A DNA stretch of 64,000 bases from Vicinamibacterales bacterium (GCA_963746535.1 CAVVBP010000010.1:899209-963208); one strand, 5' to 3'. Positions 51,744 to 61,050 are shown, counted from the first letter of the stretch. The notes: generated by a model not told the origin, from the sequence alone. Translations and numbers: made by a program.

Positions 51744-52916
51744 TAATTCGGGTTGATGGTGGTCTTGTAGACGAACTTCACATCGCCGTTGACGAACTGT
51801 GACCTCCTGGATGACGGCCGGCTTGTCGACGTTGCGCTTGGCGTTCATCTTGAGTCGTCCCGTGACGCCGGGCACGTCGGCGGCCGCGAGCGCGTCGCGC
51901 AGCTTCGGCCCCTCGGTGCGCCTTGGCGCGCGTGATCGCGTCGGCCAGCACCTTGACGGCGTCGTAGCCGAGCGCGGCGATCGAATCGGGCTCGCGATTG
52001 AACTTCGCGCGATAGGCCTTCACGAAGTTCTGCACGATCGGATCGGGGTTGTCGCCGGAGTAGTGGTTCGAGATGAAGGTGTTCTTGAGCGCCTCGCGGC
52101 CGTTCTTCGAGCGCATCGCCCACCCAGCCGTCACCGCCCAGAATCGGCATCTTCATGCCGAGCTCGCGGGCCTGCCGCACGATGATGGCCGCCTCGGGGT
52201 AGTAGCCGGTCGCGAAGATCGCGTCGGGCTTCTGGCTGCGCACCTGCGTCAGGATGGCCTTGAAGTCGGCGTCGCCCGAGCTGTAGCTCACCGGGTCGAG
52301 CACCTGTCCGCCGAGGCGCGGTGAAGGTCTTCTGATCGAGTCGGTGAGCCCCACCGAGTAGTCCTGCTGAATGTCCTTCAGCACCGCGACCTTGCGCGCC
52401 TTGAGATCGTTGTAGGCGAACTTGGCGAGCACTTCGCCCTGGAACGGGATCGATGAAGCACACGCGGAAGATGTAGTCGCCGACCTCGCGTGACACGCTC
52501 GTTGGTCGACGCCGGGCGTGATCATCGGAATCTGATACTTCTGCGCCACCGGCGCGGCGGCCAGCGAGCGTCGGCTCGCCACCTCGCCGAGCACCGCCAC
52601 GACCTTGTCCTGCGTGATGAGCTTGGTGACCGCGTTCGACGCCTCCTCCGGGCTTGCTCTGATCGTCCTCGACGAGCAGCCTGATCTTGCGTCCGCCGAG
52701 CAGCCGCCCGCGTTGTTGATTTCGTCGACGGCGAGCTCGGGCACCCTCGACCGACGACTGTCCGAACGACGCGCCGTCGCCCGTCAGCGACCCGTACATG
52801 CCCACCAGAATGTCCCCGGTCGCACTCTGTTCAGTCGTACCCGATCGCCGCTCGCATGCCGACGACAGAGCCAGTACCAGTGCAAAAAAGATGAGGGTGG
52901 GACGGCAAAGTTTCAT
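51743..52916 (-). pseudogene. livK: ABC transporter periplasmic substrate-binding protein LivK-type, about ten frameshifts as assembled
   Basis: Start MKLCRPTLIFFALVLALSSAC (lipoprotein-like) in ORF 52131..52997. In-frame islands such as PEEASNAVTKLITQDKVVAVLGEV and GYYPEAAIIVRQARELGMKMPILGGDGW lie in 51845..52744. The tail is in 51778..52134 and 51348..51875. Confidence 0.8.
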
Positions 52917-52966
52917 AGGGCGGATTATAAAGGAGTTCTCAGTCTTCGGCTCGCCCAGGAGGCTCA

Positions 52967-53824
52967 GTGGACACGGCAGAAACCCGAATTCGAACAATTA
53001 CGTTGCCGGGCGGAGAACGCATCCCGGTGCTCGGCATCGGTACATGGAACATGGGCGACCATCGCCAGACGCGCGCCGCCGAGGTGGCGGCGTTGCAGCT
53101 GGCCGTCGACCTCGGCATGACGGTCGTCGACACCGCGGAGATGTACGGCAACGGCGCGGCCGAGTCGCTCGTGGCCGAGGCGCTGGGCGATCGACGCGAA
53201 CGGATCTTTCTGGTCAGCAAAGTGCTGCCGCAGCATGCGACCAGGCGCGGCACGATCTCGGCCTGCGAGGCCAGTCTTCGAAGGCTGAACACCGATCGTC
53301 TGGACCTGTATTTGCTGCATTGGCGCGGCGGCGTGCCGCTCGAAGACACGCTCGATGCGTTCACCACGTTGAAGCGCGACGGAAAGATCCGCCACTGGGG
53401 CGTCAGCAATCTCGACACCGATGACATGACCGAGCTTGCGGCGGTCGGGCCGCACGGCGGAACCCCCGCCGTCAACCAGGTGTTGTACAACCTGATGCGC
53501 CGCGGCATCGAATTCGACCTGCTGCCATGGTGCGGCGCGCGCGGCATCCCGATCATGGCGTACTCGCCGCTCGAGCAGTCTCGCTTGTCCACGCACCGTA
53601 CGCTACGAGTCATAGCCGCCCGAGTGGGCCGAACACCTTCGCAGATCGCGCTGGCGTGGGTGCTGCGTCAGCCCGGTGTCATGGCGATTCCGAAGGCAGG
53701 CCGTGTCGAGCACGTACGCGAGAATCGCGCGGCGCTCGATGTGTCGCTCACGCCCGAAGACCTCGCCGAACTTGACACAGCGTTTCGGCCGCCGACACGG
53801 AAAAGGCCGCTCGAAATGATTTGA
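52967..53824 (+). CDS. Aldo/keto reductase
   Basis: ORF 52967..53824 with DTAEMYGNG, LDLYLLHW and GVSN. Confidence 0.85.
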   Translation: MDTAETRIRTITLPGGERIPVLGIGTWNMGDHRQTRAAEVAALQLAVDLGMTVVDTAEMYGNGAAESLVAEALGDRRERIFLVSKVLPQHATRRGTISACEASLRRLNTDRLDLYLLHWRGGVPLEDTLDAFTTLKRDGKIRHWGVSNLDTDDMTELAAVGPHGGTPAVNQVLYNLMRRGIEFDLLPWCGARGIPIMAYSPLEQSRLSTHRTLRVIAARVGRTPSQIALAWVLRQPGVMAIPKAGRVEHVRENRAALDVSLTPEDLAELDTAFRPPTRKRPLEMI

Positions 53825-53844
53825 TGGTTGAGGAGAGTCTCGGT

Positions 53845-54666
53845 ATGATCCCGCTTCCCATGAAGAACATGTGCTGCCGTCTAATCGCATTGCCATTGCT
53901 GTGTGTCGTCCTCGCCTCGTCTCGCACGTGGGCGCAGGACAAGCCGTTCGAACCGGTGTCCGGGCAGCCTGGCAAGGACGTGGTCTGGGTGCCGACGCCC
54001 CAGGAACTGGTCGAGAAAATGCTCGATATGGCGAAGGTGACGCCGCAGGACATCGTCATCGACCTCGGCTCGGGGGACGGGCGCAACGTGATTGCCGCCG
54101 CCAAGCGGGGCGCGCGCGCGTTCGGCTTCGAGTTCAACCCCGACATGGTGGCCCTCTCGCGCCGCCGCGCGAAGGAGGCGGGCGTGTCCGAGCGCGCGAC
54201 GTTTATCGAAGGGGACATGTTCGAGGCCGATATCTCGAAAGCCACGGTGCTCGCGCTCTTTCTTCTGCCGAGCAACCTCGACAAGCTCGCGCCGAAGTTC
54301 ATGACGCTCAAGCCCGGCACCCGGATCGTCAACAACACGTTCAACGTGACGGGCTGGGAAGCGGATCAGTCTGAGACCATCGAAGGCAGTTGCACCAGCT
54401 GGTGCACGTCGATGCTGAACATCGTGCCCGCGCGTGTCGCCGGCACGTGGCGCATGGGCAGCGGCGACCTGACGCTGACGCAGAATTTCCAGATGGTGAC
54501 GGGCACGCTCGGCACGAACGCCGTCACCGGCCGACTGAATGGCGAACAGATCTCGTTCAAGGTCGGCGACACGCAATATACCGGCAAGGTGAACGGTGAA
54601 CGGATAGAAGGCACCGCGACCACCGCCGGCAAGGCTCAGAGCTGGAGCGCCACAAGGGCCAAATGA
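53845..54666 (+). CDS. Class I SAM-dependent methyltransferase with N-terminal signal peptide and a beta-rich C-terminal domain
   Basis: In ORF 53821..54666; ATG 53845 or 53860 follows GAGGAG. Signal-like MKNMCCRLIALPLLCVVLASSRTWAQ. SAM motif I VIDLGSGDGR. Confidence 0.7.
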   Translation: MIPLPMKNMCCRLIALPLLCVVLASSRTWAQDKPFEPVSGQPGKDVVWVPTPQELVEKMLDMAKVTPQDIVIDLGSGDGRNVIAAAKRGARAFGFEFNPDMVALSRRRAKEAGVSERATFIEGDMFEADISKATVLALFLLPSNLDKLAPKFMTLKPGTRIVNNTFNVTGWEADQSETIEGSCTSWCTSMLNIVPARVAGTWRMGSGDLTLTQNFQMVTGTLGTNAVTGRLNGEQISFKVGDTQYTGKVNGERIEGTATTAGKAQSWSATRAK

Positions 54667-54688
54667 AACTGGAAAGATTCCGGCATCG

Positions 54689-57403
54689 CTAGCGTTCCGC
54701 GATGATCCTGGGAACGCTCATCAGACCCGATGGCAGCGGCGTAAACGCGTCCATGTCCTGAAGCCTGAACCGCTGCCCGAACTGCTCGTTCACCGCACGG
54801 ACATCAGGCACCCGGCCGCCTTCTGCGAGCATATTGATCGCCGTGTTGTAGACCTCGAGCCGGATGTCGTTCCCCTCGCGGACGAACGGCGTGATGTCGA
54901 TGCGATACGGAGGCGCCCACAGTGTTCCCACGCGACGATCGTTCACGAAGACAGTCGCCGCGTCCCTGATCGGTGCTGCGACCACCGCCGCAAACGAGTT
55001 GCCGCGCATCGTGCCGTCGGCCAGCGCCTCACGATCCACTGGAGCGGCCGGGCCGAAGTCGAGGTAGATGCGCACACCCTCGGCCAGAAACTGCGGGCCG
55101 GCTTCCCAATGATGTCGGTACGTTGTTATACCTGAGTGGTAGCGTGTGCCAGGGTCGTCGGCCCAGGAATGGGGCAACGGTGCGTCACCCGTTATCTCTG
55201 CCACGTACTCGACTGCACCGGGCGGGCGCGCTGGAAATCTGATGAAGAGAGACCACGGCGATCGCAGTTCGGTCGTCGCGATCGATGTACGTGCCCTTCT
55301 GAGCGGCGCGCTTCCCTCGGACGAGCGGAACACGACGATGCGCGAGGCGTAGGCTTCCAACTCGAGCGCGACCTCGCCGGAACGTGCCTCGACGCGTTCG
55401 GTCGCCCCGGTCATCGGATCCCAGAGTTCGGCGTACGCGGTCGCCGATCGAAAGCGCGCGGTGACGTGATGAGAGCGATTGCTGGTGTTCGCCAGGAAAT
55501 ACACCTGCGTATCGCCGAGATCGCGGTGGACAAATCCAATTTCTCCCACCGCGGGCGTGAAGGTCAGATCTGGCTGCACCGCCTCGCGGAGCGCCCCCTG
55601 GAGATCGTTCGCCCGTACTGGCCGCAGCGACGGCCAGTCGCCTTCCGGCAGCCGGTCTACCGCAACGATCTTCCCGCCACCCCGAACGTAGCCAGCCAAC
55701 CACTGCTTAGTCGCTTCGGGAATCCAGCGGACGCCGGGCAGGACGATGACTTTATAGCCACGGCTTTGCGCCTCGTTCAATGTGCCATCGTCGAACGCGT
55801 CAAAGCTGTACCCACTATCGAGAATCGTCGGCACCAGCGACGGCGGCAATGCGCCGTTCACAGCCGCCCACAGATTAAGGTAGGCGCCGGTCCCCGGCCG
55901 CATGGCCGCGCGTGCATCCCCGGTCGGCGCGTAGACGCCCACGTCGGCAACCGGTGTTCCCTGTCGAAGAAGGAAACTCACGCGCTGGAGATAGGCGGAC
56001 AGGTCGGGCATGACCGGCCACCAGGGATTCTTATCGTTGAAGACGCCGGCCGCGTAGAACGGCCAGCCCGGTGTGCCCGCCTGCGGCGGCGATGCCGGCC
56101 ATCCGTGTCCGATCAGCTGATTGATCCCGGAAAGAAAGTGCTGGTCGGCTTCGCCCTTGATGTCGAGCGGTGTGGCGCGAAACGCCGGCGAGTGGATCCA
56201 CGTCCAGGTCTCGGAGGCGGCCACCGGCCGCCCGAAGAGATGAGCGGCTGATGCCGCCCATCGCGCCCGCGACAGCATACGCCATTCGAACCCTTCGCCG
56301 TCGAAGAGATCGGCGAAGCGAAAGCTCGACAGGGCCGCCGGCGGCGTGCCGTAGCCCTGGATGCGGAAGCGCACGTTGTTCTTGCGCGACCAGTCGCGAA
56401 TCGGAACCAGAAAGCGTTCTTCGTACAACTCGGTGAGCGTTTGCCCCGCGTCGCGGCGAACCGCGCGCGACCGTTCGCCGGTGTCGTATTCGAGCATCGG
56501 CAGCAGCGGGCGCAAGTCGTACCCCCGGCGCTTCTGGAATTCCACGAGCAGGTCGGGCGTCCAGTCCGCGTCGTACACCTCGAGGCTGTCGCAGAAGATC
56601 GCGTGGATCCCGCCAGGTCCTGCCGCCGCGACGAGCTTGTCGCCCACTTCGCGCAGGTGCGTCTCGATCGCGGCGCGTGAATAGTGATCGAGCACATACC
56701 CTTCGGCGCCAAGCGCCGGACGCTTGACGACCTGCCCGGTACGGCTGGCGAAATAGAAAAGGATGGTGCGGGGGCCGGGTCCAGCGGGGACTTGAATGGG
56801 GCCCCTCCCCAAGACATCAAGCGGCTGAAAGCTGCCCGCATCCACTTCGCGCACAGCGCCGCGCCCCACGAAGGCGGCGATCAGCTGCTCGTGTTCGTAC
56901 GGGACGGGACGCGCCAGGTGCAGTACGTCGGGGGGGATCTCGCGCCGGTCCGATCGCAGACGCGCAGACGCCAGTTCGGAGGTGATATGCGGGCCACCAA
57001 ACGACCAGCCGCTTCCAAGCGTGACGTCCATGCGCATCCCGAGCTCGCGCGCTTTCCGTGCCGTAAAACCAATGAGGTCGAGATACTCGGGCGACAGATA
57101 CCGGTAGTTGCGGAAGCCGCGCGCCGGATCGTCCACCGCCATGGGATAGACCGTCGCGATCTCGAAACCGCCGATGCCCCCTTCCTTCATGCGGCGCATC
57201 TCGTTTTCGATCTGTTCACGGGTGACCGAGGGCCCGAACCACCACCAGCGCATCATGATGCGGCTGTCGTCCGGGGGCGTCCTGAAGGCCTGTTCGAGCG
57301 CAGCCGATGCGCCACCAGCCTGCCTGGCTGCAACGCCGGCGCTCCCCGTCTGCCACGCTACGGCCAGTGCGGCCGCTATCAAGAGCCCTCGCCTGACACC
57401 CAT
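54689..57403 (-). CDS. Large secreted glycoside-hydrolase-like protein (family not determined)
   Basis: In ORF 54689..57484 from ATG 57403 (SD AAGGGGGG). Signal peptide, then MMRWWWFGP...GIGGFEI, typical of uncharacterised GH-like proteins. Confidence 0.6.
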   Translation of the reverse strand: MGVRRGLLIAAALAVAWQTGSAGVAARQAGGASAALEQAFRTPPDDSRIMMRWWWFGPSVTREQIENEMRRMKEGGIGGFEIATVYPMAVDDPARGFRNYRYLSPEYLDLIGFTARKARELGMRMDVTLGSGWSFGGPHITSELASARLRSDRREIPPDVLHLARPVPYEHEQLIAAFVGRGAVREVDAGSFQPLDVLGRGPIQVPAGPGPRTILFYFASRTGQVVKRPALGAEGYVLDHYSRAAIETHLREVGDKLVAAAGPGGIHAIFCDSLEVYDADWTPDLLVEFQKRRGYDLRPLLPMLEYDTGERSRAVRRDAGQTLTELYEERFLVPIRDWSRKNNVRFRIQGYGTPPAALSSFRFADLFDGEGFEWRMLSRARWAASAAHLFGRPVAASETWTWIHSPAFRATPLDIKGEADQHFLSGINQLIGHGWPASPPQAGTPGWPFYAAGVFNDKNPWWPVMPDLSAYLQRVSFLLRQGTPVADVGVYAPTGDARAAMRPGTGAYLNLWAAVNGALPPSLVPTILDSGYSFDAFDDGTLNEAQSRGYKVIVLPGVRWIPEATKQWLAGYVRGGGKIVAVDRLPEGDWPSLRPVRANDLQGALREAVQPDLTFTPAVGEIGFVHRDLGDTQVYFLANTSNRSHHVTARFRSATAYAELWDPMTGATERVEARSGEVALELEAYASRIVVFRSSEGSAPLRRARTSIATTELRSPWSLFIRFPARPPGAVEYVAEITGDAPLPHSWADDPGTRYHSGITTYRHHWEAGPQFLAEGVRIYLDFGPAAPVDREALADGTMRGNSFAAVVAAPIRDAATVFVNDRRVGTLWAPPYRIDITPFVREGNDIRLEVYNTAINMLAEGGRVPDVRAVNEQFGQRFRLQDMDAFTPLPSGLMSVPRIIAER

Positions 57404-57454
57404 CCAGGTCCCCCCTTGTCGGATCAAGCCCGATTCTATGCGCCACGTCCCTAT

Positions 57455-57470
57455 TTTGAACACGTTCAAA
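57455..57470. promoter_or_regulatory. Palindromic operator O1, TTTGAAC-AC-GTTCAAA
   Basis: Perfect 7-bp arms in the GH/TetR divergent intergenic region, 52 nt upstream of the GH ATG. Confidence 0.6.
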
Positions 57471-57476
57471 TATGAC

Positions 57477-57505
57477 TTGACCACTCGTGGTGATGCTCTT
57501 ACTCT
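57477..57505 (+). promoter_or_regulatory. Candidate sigma70 promoter of the tetR operon (leaderless)
   Basis: TTGACC, a 17-nt spacer, TACTCT, then 6 nt to ATG 57512. Confidence 0.4.
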
Positions 57506-57520
57506 TTGAACATGTTCAAA
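57505..57520. promoter_or_regulatory. Palindromic operator O2, TTTGAAC-AT-GTTCAAA
   Basis: A second copy 50 bp from O1 (centre to centre). It is centred on the tetR ATG (57512) and abuts the -10. Confidence 0.6.
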
Positions 57521-58216
57521 GACGGCGCGGTTCGCGCCATTCCCAAGCGTCCCGGGAGCGAAGAAACACGCCGCCAGATTCTCGACACCGCGCTTCAGCT
57601 CTTCCGGCAGCGTGGCTTCGAGGCAACCACCGTCCGCGATATCGCGAGCGGCGCCGGACTCTCACTGGGCGCGGCGTACTACTACTTCCCCAGCAAGGAG
57701 GCCATCGTCGCGGCCTACTACGACTACGTGCAACAGGAACACCTCAGCCGTTCACGCGAGGCGTTTGCCCGGACGAACGACTTACGAGCACGGCTGCGCG
57801 CCGCGCTCCACACCAAGATCGACATCATGGAGCACGATCGAAGCCTGCTGCGTGCGCTGTTTCGCTATGGCGGCGATCCAACCCACCCGCTGTCCTGGTT
57901 TGGTCCTGCAACCAACGAGCAGCGCCGGCTCAGCATTGCCGTGTTCGAAGAGGCCATCGCCGGGGAACGCTTACCCGACGATGTGCGCGAAGCCACACCG
58001 ACGTTGTTGTGGACTCTCCACATGGGCATCGTGTTGTTCTTTCTGCACGACAACTCCCCCAACCAGCAGCGAACGAGAAAGCTGATTGACGCGTCGGTGG
58101 CTTTCGTCGTCGACGTCAGGCGCATTGCGACATCGGCGCTTCTGCGGCCGATACGACGGCGGGTGATGAGCATCCTGAGCGACGCGGGATTGATTGGCGA
58201 GACGGGAGGTCTCTAG
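57506..58216 (+). CDS. TetR/AcrR family transcriptional regulator
   Basis: ORF 57506..58216; the likely start is ATG 57512. HTH region RRQILDTALQLFRQRGFEATTVRDIASGAGLSLGAAYYYF. Confidence 0.85.
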   Translation: MNMFKDGAVRAIPKRPGSEETRRQILDTALQLFRQRGFEATTVRDIASGAGLSLGAAYYYFPSKEAIVAAYYDYVQQEHLSRSREAFARTNDLRARLRAALHTKIDIMEHDRSLLRALFRYGGDPTHPLSWFGPATNEQRRLSIAVFEEAIAGERLPDDVREATPTLLWTLHMGIVLFFLHDNSPNQQRTRKLIDASVAFVVDVRRIATSALLRPIRRRVMSILSDAGLIGETGGL

Positions 58217-59454
58217 TGACGACCAGAGTACCTGTTGTGGCAATCAAGGTTGGAATCGTCGTCTTGCTTGCGGCGGCGGCCGTCATCGGTCCACGCGAAT
58301 CCCATGTGTGGTTTCAGCTTTTGATCTTCGCGATCGGCGCCTTCAACGTCCTCTTCACTGTCCCCGGCACCTACTGGATTCGAATCGCCGGCGTGGCAGC
58401 CTCGTTTGCCGCCATGCTCGTGCCAGCCGCCCGAGGGCCGGTGCTTCTCCTGTTCTGGCTGGTCTGGCCGCCCGCGTTTCTTGTGGCCTGGGCGCAGTCT
58501 CGATCGAAGGTTGATGAAGACGGCAACATCCAGGGATCTGAAAGAGCCGACGTATGGTCTCCTGCCCGCATCAGGGGCGCAACCCTCATTGTGGCGGTCG
58601 CGGTGGCGTCGCTCGTTTACAAGCTGATTTTCCACCAGCACCTTCAACAGACCGCCGCGCTGTTTGTCGGCATTCCAGCAGTGCTGGCCATTGTCGTCGT
58701 GTTGTTCGTCTCGCCGCGCTCGGCGACCGGCGTGGCGTGCAAAGCGGTCACGGTGGGATTGCTCGTCTCGCTCTTCTTCTTAGGCGAGGGCGTCCTCTGC
58801 ATCGTGATGTCGGCACCGATTTTCTACGCTGTCGCCGTGGGTGTGGCCGCGGCCATGAGCGCGGCGCGGCGGCGGTCCGACCACCCTGCTCGCACGCTGT
58901 ACTCGAGTGCCCTCGTCCTGACGATACTCGTCTCGAGCCTGGAAGGCATACCGAGCTCGTTCTCGTTCGACCGCCGTGAGTTTGTGACGACGACGAAAAT
59001 CGTGCGCGCACCGGCGAACGATATTCAGCGGGCGCTTCTCGAGCGCCCCCGGTTCGACCGCATCATGCCGCTCGAGCTGCGAATCGGCTTCCCCCGTCCA
59101 ACGTCCGTGCGCATCTCAGACGACGCCAACCGCTGGATCGTCCGGATGCGGGGCGGCGAAATGCGTGTGGATGGCATCGAGTCGCGCGCGGGCGATCTGG
59201 TGCTGGAGCTCGAAGCATCGCAGCCGGGACTCGTCCGGTGGCGCGCTCTCTCCGATAACAGCCATATGACCCACTTCCTGACATGGCGCGCCGCGACCGT
59301 GGAATGGCGGGCCATCGATCCCCAGACGACGAAGGTCACCTGGACGCTGCAGTACGACCGCGGCCTCGACCCAGCGTGGTATTTCGGTCCGTGGGAGAGG
59401 TACGTCGCGGGCATTGCGGCTGGCTATCTGATCGACGCCGTGGCGACCCCATGA
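58216..59454 (+). CDS. Polytopic membrane protein with a C-terminal SRPBCC/START-like soluble domain
   Basis: ORF 58216..59454; the GTG overlaps the tetR stop. About 8 hydrophobic segments, then an about 160-aa domain (FVTTTKIVRAPANDIQRALLE...WTLQYD). Confidence 0.5.
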   Translation: MTTRVPVVAIKVGIVVLLAAAAVIGPRESHVWFQLLIFAIGAFNVLFTVPGTYWIRIAGVAASFAAMLVPAARGPVLLLFWLVWPPAFLVAWAQSRSKVDEDGNIQGSERADVWSPARIRGATLIVAVAVASLVYKLIFHQHLQQTAALFVGIPAVLAIVVVLFVSPRSATGVACKAVTVGLLVSLFFLGEGVLCIVMSAPIFYAVAVGVAAAMSAARRRSDHPARTLYSSALVLTILVSSLEGIPSSFSFDRREFVTTTKIVRAPANDIQRALLERPRFDRIMPLELRIGFPRPTSVRISDDANRWIVRMRGGEMRVDGIESRAGDLVLELEASQPGLVRWRALSDNSHMTHFLTWRAATVEWRAIDPQTTKVTWTLQYDRGLDPAWYFGPWERYVAGIAAGYLIDAVATP

Positions 59455-60827
59455 TCGCCGCCGACCCGTACCTCGTCGTCCGTGCCGCGTCGATTTACGT
59501 CACCGTCGTGCTGACAATCGCCGCGTGGCTGTACTTCCAAAAGGGGTCGGGAGGGGTTTTTCGTTTTCTGAAAAACCCCTCCCGACCCCTCTTTGCGGGC
59601 GCTTTGCTCGCGTTTGCGTGGAATCTGCCGGTCCTGCTCCTCGTCAACGTGGCGGCACAGCGCTTCGGCTGGTGGCAATTCGACGCGGAGGGCGGCTTGT
59701 TGCTGGGGGTTCCGGTCGATTTTCTGCTCGCGTGGATATGGCTGTGGAGCGTCGTTCCATTGCTCGCGTTTGACGCGCTCGCCATTGGCGCAATCGCAAT
59801 CGTCGCGTTGGCGTTCGATCTCATCCTCATGCCCGCCGCGGAACCAGTCCTGCGCCTCGGACCGATGTGGCTTGTTGGTGAGGTCATCGCGCTCGCGGCC
59901 GGACTCGTCCCGGGCCTGCTGCTCGCCCGACTGACGATGCGAGACGAACGCCTGCCGGAACGTGCTGTTCTTCAAGTGATCGCGTTCTCGGGGCTCACGT
60001 TGTTCGTGCTGCCGGCCATCGTCATCGACGCCACGGGTGCCGGCTGGACGCGTCTGTTCGAACGCCCCACGTGGCAAATCAGCGTCATCATGCAGTGCCT
60101 CGCAATCCCCGCCATCATCGGGTTGTCGGCGGTCCAGGAATTCGTGACGCGCGGCGGCGGGACGCCGGTTCCCTACGATCCGCCCAAACGGATCGTGACC
60201 ACCGGCCTCTACGCGTACGTTCGAAATCCCATGCAGTTGTCGGCGGTCCTGCTGCTCTGCCTGCTGGGCCTGGCGTTGCAGAATGTCTGGCTCGCAGGCG
60301 CCGGCATCATGGCGCACATCTATTCAGCAGGGCTCGCGAGCTGGGACGAAGACGACGATCTGGACAAGCGCTTCGGAAGTGCGTGGGCCACGTATCGACG
60401 CGGAGTACGGACGTGGTGGCCGCGAGTGCGGCCGTGGCGCCCCGACGGCCGAGACGATCGCCTGTACGTCGCGGAAAGCTGTGGCATGTGCAGTGAGGTG
60501 GGCCGATGGTTTCGACACCGCGGCGTGCACGGCCTCGCGATCGTCCCCGCCGAAACCCATCCGTCTCGCGCGCTCACGAGGATTGCCTACGAATCGAGCG
60601 ACGGCTCCTACCGCGCCTCTGGCCTCGAGGCCGTAGCCCGAGCCCTCGAGCACGTGCACCTCGGGTGGACGTTGGTGGCCTGTTTCCTCCGGCTGCCGAT
60701 CGTACGCGAGTCTGTTCAGTTGCTCATCGACGCCTCTGGCGGCGAGCCGCGGCGCATCCCCGGTGCTCCGTGCGCGCCTGGCGGCGGTCCGATCTCGGCA
60801 AAAACGCGCGTGGGGCGCCTCTTATAA
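59451..60827 (+). CDS. Membrane ICMT/PEMT-like methyltransferase fused to a DCC (DUF393)-like CxxC domain
   Basis: In ORF 59283..60827 from ATG 59451 (ATGA overlap). GGGTPVPYDPPKRIVTTGLYAYVRNPMQLS, then LYVAESCGMCSEVGRWF. It carries the palindromic element in frame near its 5' end. Confidence 0.6.
   Translation: MIAADPYLVVRAASIYVTVVLTIAAWLYFQKGSGGVFRFLKNPSRPLFAGALLAFAWNLPVLLLVNVAAQRFGWWQFDAEGGLLLGVPVDFLLAWIWLWSVVPLLAFDALAIGAIAIVALAFDLILMPAAEPVLRLGPMWLVGEVIALAAGLVPGLLLARLTMRDERLPERAVLQVIAFSGLTLFVLPAIVIDATGAGWTRLFERPTWQISVIMQCLAIPAIIGLSAVQEFVTRGGGTPVPYDPPKRIVTTGLYAYVRNPMQLSAVLLLCLLGLALQNVWLAGAGIMAHIYSAGLASWDEDDDLDKRFGSAWATYRRGVRTWWPRVRPWRPDGRDDRLYVAESCGMCSEVGRWFRHRGVHGLAIVPAETHPSRALTRIAYESSDGSYRASGLEAVARALEHVHLGWTLVACFLRLPIVRESVQLLIDASGGEPRRIPGAPCAPGGGPISAKTRVGRLL
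59541..59590. repeat. GGGGTCGGGAGGGG palindromic element, intragenic in-frame copy
   Basis: AGGGGTCGGGAGGGGTTTTT, a 9-nt loop, then AAAAACCCCTCCCGACCCCT: a perfect 20-bp stem. Translated as KGSGGVFRFLKNPSRPL between two hydrophobic segments. Confidence 0.85.
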
Positions 60828-61050
60828 GGACGGACCGGCGGAGTGGATCGCGCGGAAAGTCTGCCTGTGGGATGACTTTTGGCGGACTTGCAGACTTTCG
60901 TCTGCCGGAGCCGCCACTCCGCGTGCGCGCCTGCGATTTTCCCTAACAAAACCGCAGGATATTTGGCATGGATCGTTCTTGCTGGTCAACGGAGTACGTC
61001 CGCCGATCGCGAGCAGAATCGGGGCGGGCGCCGGCCAGGAGGACCCTTCG

